Below are positions 27,468 to 38,031 of a stretch of 64,000 nt of DNA, one piece after another (the stretch's first letter is position 1; the number at the start of each line of letters is the position of its first letter). The stretch is from Protoeuglena noctilucae (taxonomy: Eukaryota). Where the stretch lies: the NCBI GenBank assembly GCA_958009085.1, contig OY253668.1:806001-870000 (forward strand). The letters run 5' to 3'. A program made the translations under genes and the position numbers. The notes beneath the pieces are model-generated. The model was not told where the DNA came from and did no database searches. It saw nothing but the letters and a program-made list of their open reading frames with translations.

Positions 27468-28243
27468 TCATCGCAAGGCGTCTAGGCGACCCAGGAGGTC
27501 GTCCACGCGCCGGGAGAACTCCCCGAGATCGTGAACCTGGCCTTCCAACTTCGCCTCCCCGGACAGCTCCTCCTCGAGTTCCTTCTCCAGCGCCCACATC
27601 TGGGAATCAAGGCCCTGGACCGTGCTCTCGGGCCGGGGTCCCGCATCTGGCGCCGGGAAGCGCATGGTCGTGGCCGCAGACATGAGGAGCCGCTCCTGCG
27701 ACAGCATAGCGTCGGACGTGCTCTTGAGCGTGCGGCTGGGAGCGCAGGGATCCCCCAGCAGCCAGCGTGACATGTCGCACCTGCTGCGACAGCTCTGCGG
27801 CCGCGGGGGCCGGGGCTCGTAGGCTCTCCTCTAGCTCCCGCAGGCGAGCCAGGACCGCATTGGCCGAGGACGTCGCCCTCTCCGCGCCCCGGGCCTTGTA
27901 CGTCGTCAGGGGCCCGGCGCCCCCGTTGTCGCTCACGTGCTCCATCCCGTCCATGCATTCCGCGAGCTTGCTCCGCAAGCGGCTCTCGAACTCCTGCTCT
28001 TGCCCATGCATCTCCTCCCGCCAGGTCGACGAGCTCGCAAGGGCCGCCTCCACCTCGGCGCGGAGACCCGCGAGCTCCGCCAGGCACCTGGGGGCGCAGC
28101 GCATGCGCGCGCTTTCCGCAGGCCAGCGTTGGCAGAAGTCGAGCCTGGGCCAAGCGCCGGTCCGACTCTCACCTCTCGGACGGGCCCACGGGTTCATTCC
28201 CCCCGACCCTGTCCGTGTCCAGGGGCGCGCCCTGGTCATCCAT
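27468..28243 (-). CDS. Coiled-coil protein of unknown function (about 3 exons)
   Basis: MDDQGAPLD...|CLAELAGLRAEVEAAL...LARLRELEESL...|MWALEKELEEELSGEAKLEGQVHDL. Heptad pattern and plausible GT-AG introns. Confidence 0.6.
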
Positions 28244-28491
28244 TCCTGCCCAGGCGACTAGGCCGTCGAGAAGTCGCTATTGTGAGCCGTTCCCCAGTCG
28301 ACAGAAGCGAAGCAAGCTCGGTGCTGCAGGAAGTGGGGATGCCCTGTCAGACAGGTGGCACCCGCCGCGCCGCGGCCCATCGACGCCTGCCGTTGCCGGC
28401 GGAGCGGCTAAGAATGCGTGTCTTCCCAGCAAAGACTGCGTCAGTGAGTCATAGAACGTTGTCGATTGAGAGATCCCACCCCACCCCTGCA

Positions 28492-31400
28492 ATGGCCGAT
28501 GGAGGGCCCGTGGTGCTCATGGCGGACAAGGAGAGCGAGTCGGTGAGCCGATCGCGGACTCGCCTCGCCGGGTTACTGACGATTTCGGCATTTCGGCCAC
28601 CAGGGCCAATGCAGGCAGCCCCCCTTGCTCGGGAAGCAAATCTGATTTAGCAGGGAGGAACCCCGTCATCGGGCCACCAGCGTTCCGGGCCGTCTCCCCC
28701 CGCAGGGCCTCGGCGAAGCGCCGCGCGAGGATTCGGGGCTGGTCAGGTGAGCCACGGCTCACCGTGGGGTGCTGCGACAGCGACGCGAGGGCGGGGGAAG
28801 CGTCCCATCGCCAGCGAGGGGGCCAGCGACTTGCACGAGCCGGCACATCCGGCGCATTGCATAACGCGGCGCCCGCGGCATCGGCGTGACCGCGCGCGCC
28901 GGAAGTGCAATCGTGTTGCTGTCCTTGGCCGGATAACAGGGCCTCTCCGGTCTCTCCGGCCGCAGCGTGAACGGGAACGACGGTGCAGGGCTGAGCAGGA
29001 CCGACGCCACGACGAACCCGAACTCGCTCCGCGATTCGTTCCGCGAAGAGACTCGCGGGGAAGGTCTCCGCGCCAAGGCCGAGAGCTTCACCAGTCAGGG
29101 CCAGGCGAGTGCACGACAGCTGGTGGTTTGCAGTGGATCCGGGGCAATGGGCGCCGCATGTCGCGGGAGGGCCGCGAGGGGGACCTCGCTGAGACGGAAC
29201 ACGTCGGTCGCTCTTTCACGCAGTTCACGCGTGCCCGCACGTTCCGTCCCCCCTCGGCAGGGCCGCATGTGCCGCTCCCGCGCCCGCCTCCTGGACCGCC
29301 CCCTCCCTCCGCGTATCAGAGCCCCTTGGTGAGCGCGGGATGCGCTCGATCGCGCCTCTATATGTCGGTCTTGGAGCGCCGTGGGATTTTGTGGCATTCC
29401 CACTGCGATCGCGTCGCCCCGTCCCCGCAGCCAATGCCACCCCGGGGACCCGCGCCTCCCCCGGGCCCCTCGCCGCCCTTCCTGCCGCCGCCGCCCGCCG
29501 TCCCGCCGCCGCGGACGCTCCCACCTCCCCCGCTCGAGCCGCCACCGGTTGGAATGGCGATGCGCGCTGGGTGAGGACCTTTATGTTCGCACACGCCACC
29601 CGCGGCATGCCAGGTGCGCCTCGCGACGCATCCACTCCTGCGGCACCCTTGCCCGCAGCCCCGAGGGTGCGCTCGGCACCTTCCCCAACGCCGCCTGCTT
29701 CTTCGTCTCTTCCATGGGTGTCATCCAGGACGCCACGACCGAGGCCCTCCGCCTCACGGGGCAGCCCCTGCCCAGGATCAAGGCGCGTGGCAGTCTGCGC
29801 CGCACGTTTGTACATTGGATCGGCCCCACTTATCCTACTCCCGTTGAGGCTGGCTCGTCATTGGCCGCGACGAGCGCTGGTGCATCCCTCGACCCCACTG
29901 GCCCGCCCCTTCCGTCCCATGCAGGGCGCCCCGCTGGAGATGGTCCTCAGCGCCCAGGACGGCTCGGACAGGTTCTCGTGGAGGTCCCTCCAGAACCTGG
30001 CGTCCAACCCCAAGACGGCGTGGCCCGTGACGGTCCGGTCCCTGCTCACGTGAGGACCGGCAGCGCCCCAACCCTTTTCTGTTTTCCGACTGCGACTCGG
30101 CGCATGCGACGCCATGGCATTGCCTCGAGCCGCCCCCTCGCGTGCCCCGCCCCCGCAGCCCCGCCTCGGGCACCATGCAGGCCGTCACGGTGCTGCTGGA
30201 TGTGCACCGGGCCTCCCAGGGCATCGCGGCGCTGGTGCTGCCCATGGACGGGGACGCCTGGGTCGGGCACTGCCTCATGGAGAGCGACACCGTGTCCATG
30301 GCGCTCCTGCGACTCACGCCCCAGCTCACCATCGAGGCCGCCTCCGAGTCCTTCGCCGCCATCGTCGGGGCGCCCTTCATGGCCGTGCGGCACCGGGCGC
30401 TGTCGGACCTCGCGGACCCCTCGCACGCCCCGGCCGTGTCCCGCGCCATGGCCCTGCGCACCGCGACACCCATGCGCTTCCCGGTGTCGCCCCGGCTCTT
30501 CAAGGACGGCGCCGGCAGTGGCGACCCGGGCTCTGCGGCCGCCTCGCGCAGCAGCTCCGGGCGCCACGGCGGGGGGAGCCACGCCGCCAACGGGACGTCC
30601 CGGTCCGACGCGGGGGCGGACGACCTGCTGCGCGAGCTGAGGTGAGGCTGGTGGACCCTGCCTTGCTGCCTGCAGCATTCGCCTCGTTGTTGAGTCCCGC
30701 GATCCGCCGGTCCCCCTCGTCGCCCTCGCAGCGCCATGACTCTCAAGGACGGCTCGGGCATCGACACGGCGCCGAACATGCTCCGGTACGTGGAGGTGAC
30801 GGTGATGTGGGGCGCCACGTCGCACCTGGCGCTGGTGCGCGACGTGACGGGGCAGCGGCAGGTGGAGCTGGAGCACAAGTGGATGACGACGCTCCTGTCG
30901 CTGCTCCCGAGCGTTTGGTGGGTCTTCGACAGCGACCTCAACGTCCGCGCTGTGTCACGGTCGGTCCGGGACGTGCTCGGCTGGGACCCAGACGAGCTCA
31001 TCGGCATCCCCGGCGTCAAGCTCGTCCACCCGGAGGACATGCCCACCATCCTCAGGTGGGGGAGGCGGGCCCTGGAAGGCAGTCCGCTTGCCCCGCGGTC
31101 GGGAGGGCGCCGACGGCCCGGAGCGTCCCCTCGCTGCAGGGAGGTCCAGAGCACCGCGGAGCGCGTGTCCGCCGAGCGCCCCGCGGGCTTCGTGCGGGCA
31201 CAGAAGATGGTTTTCGAGTACCGCCGGGCCACGCGGGACGACCGGTGGGTGTGGCTTGAGTGCCACGGCATCACGGCCCAAGTGGGATCGGAGACGCTCC
31301 ACTTTGTGTGAGTGCCGGCGCCGCCCTGGGCTCGCGCGACTCCGACATGCCCGCTGCTGCGCCCCCTCCCCTGCGCGGTGCGATGGCGCCAGGCTGCCCC

Positions 31401-31804
31401 CCGCGCGCCGCAGGGTCGACGTGGACATCACCTCCCGCCACAACCTCATGGCCGAGCTGGAGGCCAGCCGCAAGGCCACGGGGGAGCTCGTGTCGCTCGT
31501 GGCCATGCAGCGCAACCACGGCCCCCGCGACCCCCTCGTCGAGGCCCACAGCCTGGTCGAGGAGCTGGCACCCACCCTCGGGTCCCTGCGCCTGGAGCCG
31601 GGGCCCCAGGTCTCGGCGGGGCCGGACGGCTGGGGCGCAACGGTCCCCGCCCAGGACCCCCGCCTCCCCCGGCGCTCGCCCCAGACCTGGCAGGCCGTCA
31701 ACCTCCTCCACCTGGCCGTGCGCACGATGGAGGCTGTGGGCGTGGGGTCCCTTGACGCCGCCCGCAGCCTCCTGCGGTCCTGGGCCGACCAAGGGCCCCG
31801 GTAA
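28492..31804 (+). CDS. Multi-PAS domain sensor protein (Pro-rich linker, 3 PAS-like domains, degenerate DHp-like end)
   Basis: PAS1 FPNAACFFVSSMGVIQDATTEALRLTG...K|GAPLEMVL; PAS2 LLRLTPQLTIEAASESFAAIVG...LVRDVT; PAS3 WVFDSDLNVRAVSRSVRDVLGWDPDELIG..VHPED..FEYRRATRDDRWVWLE..DIT. The 5' and 3' ends are uncertain. Confidence 0.78.
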
Positions 31805-32659
31805 CGAGCAGACTCCGCCTGACGCGCGTCCCGTCTCCGGCGGCGTCGGCGGGAGTCTCGCGTGGGCGCACGTGGGTGCGCCACCGACACGCATGCCGAG
31901 ATGCGGAGCAGACCGCCTGCCGCGTCGTCCCGGGCATCGGGACAGGCGCCGCGCGCCTCACCCCGGCTAATTTGTAGCCGTCGCGCAGACGTTTCGTGGC
32001 TCCCTCCTCCTTCCCCCCGTTTGTGCTCGCCCCCGTTGGTGCCCCCTGCCCCGCCCGCCCGCGTGTTGTCTTGCCCCGTGTGCCTTGCATGCTGAGTCTG
32101 CCGCCTGGATTGTTTCCGTTCTAGACATCCTGCCTGGTTTGCGCGCGTGCCGTGCAGTTCCCATGTATCCAGCAGCTCCGTGTCCCGCACGGGATGCCTG
32201 ACCGCGTGTGTAGCTGTGCCGCCCCGTCCCCAGCTTCACAAGGATACCCAGAGGTCTGCATTCCTGATTCCCACGCCCACCCCCACCCCCACCTGCATTC
32301 ATGCCGTCGGCTGCCCTGTCTGAGTTCCCTTGCACCGAATGCCGACAAGCTCCCGACTGCGCGAGCGCGCCCTGTCCCATAGCGATACCTCCTGATGGCG
32401 CACGTGCGCAGCAGTCCCGGACTCTAGCTGCTGGGGCGTGGATCCACCTGCAATGGTGCTGGCTTCGCCGCGTGTCATGCCTCGCCTTGCCGCCAGCGCG
32501 GGGGACTGATCCCTCCGCGCGGTCTAGCCACGGGGCTGGATTGGGCGTTGCCCAGCCCCGCCCTCCGCGCCCCTAGTTTCCCTTGCCGCCCAGGTGGCTG
32601 TGTAGCGCCTGTTGTCTACTTGCGTTTGAATACCCCGCTTCCTCTAGCTAACACACTTC

Positions 32660-33989
32660 CTAGGCCGGGGCCGCCAAGTCGACCACGAGGGGGCGGTGGT
32701 CGGACGGCGTGGGCCCGCTGCGGTGGTCGACGCGGACGGCCGACACGAGGCCGAACAGCCCCGGCGTCATAAGCACGTGGTCCAGCTGGGCGACCTCCCG
32801 CGGGAACTCGATGGCCCCGTCGCGGTTGCGGTCCCACCAGTGACTCCACCGCTCCTCCTGCGCCATGAGCCGCATGACGTTGTCGAGGTCGGCCACCCCG
32901 TCGCCGTCCACGTCCGCCAGCGTCGCCAGCACGCGCGACCGGGGGGCGTTGCCGGCCGCGTCAGGGTACACGTCGCTGAAGTCGTTCATGTCTCCGAGCA
33001 CGATGGCCTCCACCCCCGCGCCCCGCACCGCCGCCTTCAGCAGACCCTGCGCCACGGCGCCCTGGGCCTCCCGCTGGGCGCAGCTCTCCGCCTCTTTTGG
33101 GAACTGCGACGACGGCAAACGGCGAGGGACGTGTGCACACGCGCTGTGGGGATTTCCCTCGCACGCCTCAGCCGATGGGCTCTCTTGCTACTCACGGCCT
33201 TCAGGTGGAGGAGGAGGAGAGCCATGGGCGGGAACCCTTCCGGCGCGAGCATGGCGACGGCGTGGCGAGAGAGCCCGGACGTCTGGGGCGCCCTCCCGTG
33301 CAGCCCACACGACGAATCGGCGACTGGGTACGCGGCCCGGGCTTCGGTGCGGTACAGGGCGGCCACGGGGTCGACGCGGGTGAGGAGGGCCACGTTCATG
33401 CGCATGTGCGTGTCCTTCCCGGGCACCAGGTACGCGCGGTAGCTGCGATCGCCCTCCTCCGCCAGGGCATCGAGGAGGAGCGCCAGCGTGGGGCAGTCCT
33501 CTACCTCCTCCAGCGCCACCACGTCCGCGTCGATCGCCAGCAGCTCCCGAGCCACCTGCACAGCGAGACGTTGCATGCAGTGAGGTACAGTTCCTGCCAC
33601 GCGTTCTTACTCCCCACTTACACGAGGTGGCACCGTCCCTCCACGAGGTGGCACCTCCCAAAATGGGTGCCAAATGCCCACGGCACCTCTTGGATGTGAT
33701 GCAGAGCTCCTGCGGGGTCTCCGCGCCAGGGAGAGAGCTCCGACTCCTTTCCCTGCCCATCAGTGAGCCATTGGGCGTTATAGGACGCGATGCGCAGGAC
33801 TTTGGGGTCTGTGCGCCGGTCCCCTGCCTTGTGCACGGTGATTCCTGAGCAGTCGGGCTCGGAATCAAGCGGACGGAGGTTTAAGGGAATGTTTAGCACG
33901 GCACGCTGGGGCACGCTGCTCTGAGCGCCACGGAGGAGCAGCACCAGCGCAATTAGGGCTGGGACCCAACAGCTGCGTGCCCCGACCAT
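32660..33989 (-). CDS. Secreted endonuclease/exonuclease/phosphatase (EEP) family nuclease, 3 exons
   Basis: Signal peptide ALIALVLLLRGA, then LRIASYNAQWL, DADVVALEEVE, LHLKA, IVLGDMND, QLDHVL and SDHRPLVVDL. Confidence 0.93.
33621..33655. repeat. 14-bp direct repeat (CACGAGGTGGCACC x2, 21-bp period) in an EEP intron
   Basis: Copies at 33621-33634 and 33642-33655. Confidence 0.8.
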
Positions 33990-34213
33990 GTGGCCCCTCC
34001 TAGCAGCAGACCAGGCCCCAGCGCCCTTGTCACCTTGTAGCTAGCAACGTGTCACGACTCAAGAATGCCATTGTAAAGTATCAGAAGCGCTTTAATACCC
34101 TGCCAGACGGGACTCGAGCACAGAGAGGATCAACTGTACGCCCGTTGGACCATCTGCCGTTCCTCAGCGCCACCGTCTAGCTCGCGCCGTCCTCAGATCC
34201 GCGAAGGGCCGCC

Positions 34214-34725
34214 ATGGAGCCCCTCATGGGCCCCGTCATCCCAGCGCTACTCGTAGCGATTCATCTAGGGGGTGGAACGTACGCCTATGTAAAGAAGAGC
34301 TCCGTTCAGTCGTTCCTGGGTGGCCTGGTGGCCGGGGGCGCGGTGTGTGGCTCGCGCAGAGGGCAACAATCTAGCTGCGTGGCACCCAGGTCGCGGCGCA
34401 AATCGGCTGATCCGCTCTCTGGTCTCTCGCAGTACATCTACTCGACGTTTGCGTTTGCAACGTCTCGAGTCCATTCGGGGGCGATCGTGGGCTTCTATAA
34501 CGCCGTCTGCATGTGCGACCTCACCACCGCTGCGTTCCGCCCCAGCAAAAGGGTGGAAGGAGAGCGAGACTCCATTTCCCGCTTCGAATCCGCAGGGGCT
34601 CACTCATGGGCCTTCGTTTCAACAGGACGCAAGTCATGATGCCGGCCGGTGCGCTGGCGCTCGTCAACATCCTCGCGGGCGCATACTTTTACTACGAAAT
34701 CCAGCGCTCCAAGATCCAGTTCTGA
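34214..34725 (+). CDS. TMEM14 (FAX-like) family small membrane protein, 3 exons
   Basis: LGGGTYAYVKKSSVQSFLGGLVAGGA|YIYS...MGLRFNRTQVMMPAG matches the TMEM14 pattern GG..GY.K.GS..SL..G / MG.RF..T.K.MPAG. Confidence 0.85.
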
Positions 34726-34747
34726 CGGATTGTGACAATTGCCGAGC

Positions 34748-36808
34748 TCATCGCCCATTCACCAGGACGGCGTCGCCCTTGGCCCTGCCTGCGGCCTTGG
34801 CGGGTTTCTTGCCGCTCTTCGCCCTCTCACGCTCGTACGCCTCCTGCAGCCGCCGTAACCACGGACGGAGCTGCGCGGCGCCCTCGCGGAGGACGCGGTC
34901 CCCCGTTTCGCGGTCCCATCGGAAGAGCCCAAACCTGCGGGGCACCACGGCGCCACAGCCATCCCTGACCGCCCTGCTGGGTCAGCGACGGAGCCCTGCG
35001 CTGCTCGCACGCGCCAGCACCTCTGTGTGAAGCCGAACTGCCACTCGAAGTTGTCGTAGAGCGTCCAGTAGAGGTACCCCCGCACATCGTACCCGTCCTG
35101 GATGGCGCGCTCCACCTGAGCCGCGTAGCCCTCGATCCACCGCGGCCGCACCGTGTCCTTGCTGTCTGAAATCCCATTCTCCGACACCACCAGCGGCACG
35201 CCCACGGTGCTCAGGTGCCGGATGCACTCGTACAGCCCCTCGGGATACATCGCTGGGGGAGGCAGGGACCGTCCGTTGCTCGGCCTGGCGCAACCCATGT
35301 GGTGAAGACAGGGGGGCGCGCCCACTCACCGTAGGGCATCTCCGTCATCTCGTCGCCCGGCATGCCTGTGGGTTGGCAGAAGAGGCCGAAGACGCCCCGT
35401 GAGTAGAAGAAGTTAATGCCCAGGAAGTCCAGGCCAGGGGCCGCGCCCAGATCCAGGACCGTCCCGGTCCAAGGGACCCCGCTGTGGAACTCAAAGCGCC
35501 CCGTCCGGAAGAAGTCGATGAGCGGCTGCGGCGCAGAGGTGCCGTGCCGATGGTGGTGGGCGTCGGCAAGCGCGGGCGACAGGTTCGGACGATGCGCCAA
35601 ACGGACGCACCTGATTGGCCCACAAGTTGGTGGCGAAGGAGGCCAGCGCGCGCGCGTGCAAGTACCATTCGCTGCGCGCCCGGAACGTCACGTAGTTGTG
35701 CACGAAGCCCACACGCGCGGTGGACCCTCCCGGCATTGCCTTCAGAGCCCTGTGCATCAGGGACAGGGTCGGCTGGTAACACGGACATGTGCGGTGCCCA
35801 TACGGGCACCCATATGGCCAGGCCCAGTCACCCCCTCTCGCACCTGTAGCACTCGGCATGCGTCTTCAGGATGTTGGCGTACACGAGCCCAATGCTCTTT
35901 AGGGCAAATAGCCTCCCCGGGGGGAGCAGGCCGGCCAGGTAGCCACCCAGGAGACACTGCGGGCCAGATGCGCGGGGTGTGCATGCGATGACAGGGCATG
36001 GGAGGAGCATCTCTGCTCCGCACCCTCTCAAGGCGTGGCGCGTGGCGGACTCACCACAATGGGCTCGTTGAACGTCGTCCAGAGCTGGATGTACCGGTGG
36101 AACCGCTCAAAGACGAAAGACGCATAGCGGATGAAGTAGGGCAGGTTCTCCTCCTTCTCGAATCCACCCAGGTCCTCGAACCACGAGGGATGCGTGTAGT
36201 GCCACAGCGTCGCGTGTGGGATCTGTCCCTTGGCCTCCATGCACCGCAGCATCTTGTCGTACACGCCGAGCGCCTCTGCGCAACGTGCATCATGCGCATC
36301 ATGCGCCCTCAATGAGGATTGGCAGCGGGCTACAGGGTATGCGGCAGCTGCATGCGTCTCACCTTCGTCGAACTCTCCTGGGCGAGGCTCAATTCGCGAC
36401 CATTGGAAGCTGAAACGGAAGCAGTTGGCGCCCAGCTGCCGGTTCAGCTCCAGGTCCTCCTCATAGCGATGCCAAAAGTCGGGCCCCTCCTCTGCCCGGT
36501 CCCCGCTGAAAATCGTGGGAATGATGCCAAAGTGCTTGCGCCGCTGCCATCGGTGCCTGATGGCAGACGGAACGCAGGGTGCATCCACTCTCGCTGCCCG
36601 TGCGCGAGTCGGCGAGATGGCAAACGAACCCCAGGGTGCATCCGCTGTCGCGGCCCGTGCACTTGCCGGCGAGAAAGGCACATCGCGAGATGCAATCAAT
36701 CATATTCCCTCACCAGTTCCCCTCGGGCACGTCGCCGGTGCACTGAAACGTCGAGATGGCCGTCCCGACGAGGAACGTCTCGTCGTGCCCCGTTGCTGCC
36801 GCCCTCAT
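34748..36808 (-). CDS. Glycoside hydrolase family 1 (beta-glucosidase-like), about 8 exons
   Basis: FLVGTAISTFQCTG, DFWHRYEEDL, FRFSFQWSRIEP, TLWHYTHPSWF, acid/base TFNEP, nucleophile VSENG, GYLYWTLYDNFEW and RFGLF. Confidence 0.95.
36559..36672. repeat. Degenerate 57-bp tandem duplication making up most of GH1 intron 1
   Basis: GATGGCAgACGgAacgCAGGGTGCATCCaCTcTCGCtGCCCGTGC...CGGCGA is followed by GATGGCAaACGaAcccCAGGGTGCATCCgCTgTCGCgGCCCGTGC...CGGCGA. Confidence 0.8.
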
Positions 36809-36978
36809 CGCCCCATTCGTGAGAGTAGGTGGCGCCGAGGATATCGCTTCTTGAGTTCTTCACAACCAATCCCCAATGCGGGCAACAAATGCTCGGCTCG
36901 GGCTACACAAGCACGCTTCTGACTAAGTCCGGACTAAGTCCCCCGAAGAGAACTCCCCGGGGCCCCACCATAGGCTCA

Positions 36979-37702
36979 TCAATCGAAGTTGGTGTACATG
37001 CCATGCTGCTGCCTCGCGCGTCGCTTCTCCTCTTCCACGAAGTTCAGCCCCGACCCCTGCTGCCCGCGCGCTCTTTTCCGCCCCTCCTTCTCGTTCCATG
37101 TGAGGCGCTTGTCCTTCTTCAGCTGCTCCTTCCTCTTCTCGGACTCGAGGCGTTTTTCCTCGGCTAGGCGCGCGGCCATCTCGGCCGCTCTGCGCATGTG
37201 CTCCGCGGACTCCTCGACAGCTCCCACCCTCTCACGTGTCTCCTGCCTATCCTCCTCCTCCTCGCCGTCCTGCGCACGGTCATGCCCGCAAGACGCACAA
37301 GCATCGCAAGAGGGAGCCCCAAAGTGGCCGGCACCTGCGGCTTTCGCCCAACAGTCATGCCCATCGATGCACAAGCATCGCAGAGGAGCCCACCTGCGGC
37401 TTTCGCCCACTGTCCCACGCCCAGCTGTCCTTGGCATCCTCCTTTGGCTTTGGCACGAACAGGACGCTGGGCCCAGACTGGTATCCAGCACGCCTCAGGT
37501 CGTCCACGGTGACCTTCGCGTCCACCGGCTCCTGCAGAGCAGAGCGCGTCCGGCATTGCCCCGTCGTGCACAAAAGCAGGTCATCGTCACAAGTCGCGCC
37601 CCTCGCCTCTCGCGTTTTGGAGCTGCTCGGAGCGCTCTCTGCGTCCGAATCGTCACTGTCCCCGACCCCCACCACCTCGTCGAGAAAGCGCTTCGGGGCC
37701 AT
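36979..37702 (-). CDS. Small conserved protein, UPF0690/C1orf52-like
   Basis: KVTVDDLRRAGYQSGPSVLFVPKP...SWAW, with C-terminus LTWNEKEGRKRARGQQGSGLNFVEEEKRRAR...YTNFD resembling the KEKRKR.GQ.S.GKN(Y/F)VEEEKR motif. Confidence 0.75.
37270..37410 (-). repeat. Degenerate tandem duplication spanning an exon end and its intron (two GT..CAG units)
   Basis: GGGCGAAAGCCGCAGGTG, GCGATGCTTGTGC and GGGCATGAC each occur twice on the minus strand. Confidence 0.85.
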
Positions 37703-38031
37703 CCTGCAATCGCGCCGCGGAGATGACAGGGTGACTGTGGGCGACAGACGCACGGGGCAGGGTTTCATCGCGCCAGTGGACGTCGTCTTGCGCCAGACAT
37801 CATTAACCCACCCCATCTTCGACCCGGAGCAAGTGTTTCTAGGCAGGGCGCATCCATCTCGACTTTGTCGTATACCTCAGGTCTCGCAGGGGGTCACGCT
37901 GAGCGATTGCCTTGCCGATGTGGGGGCCTGGGCCAAGTAACTGTCGGGGCGTGAGAGCCACGCCGCCGTAGCTCCTCGGCCACCTCAGTGGGCGGCGCAG
38001 GCATCTCATCATCATAGGCGTGGGATCTGGC

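Noticed and set aside
36921..36941. Short intergenic doublet GACTAAGTCC x2 (also TAGCGACTC x2 at 42404/42421)
   Set aside because: Too short to distinguish from slippage or chance.
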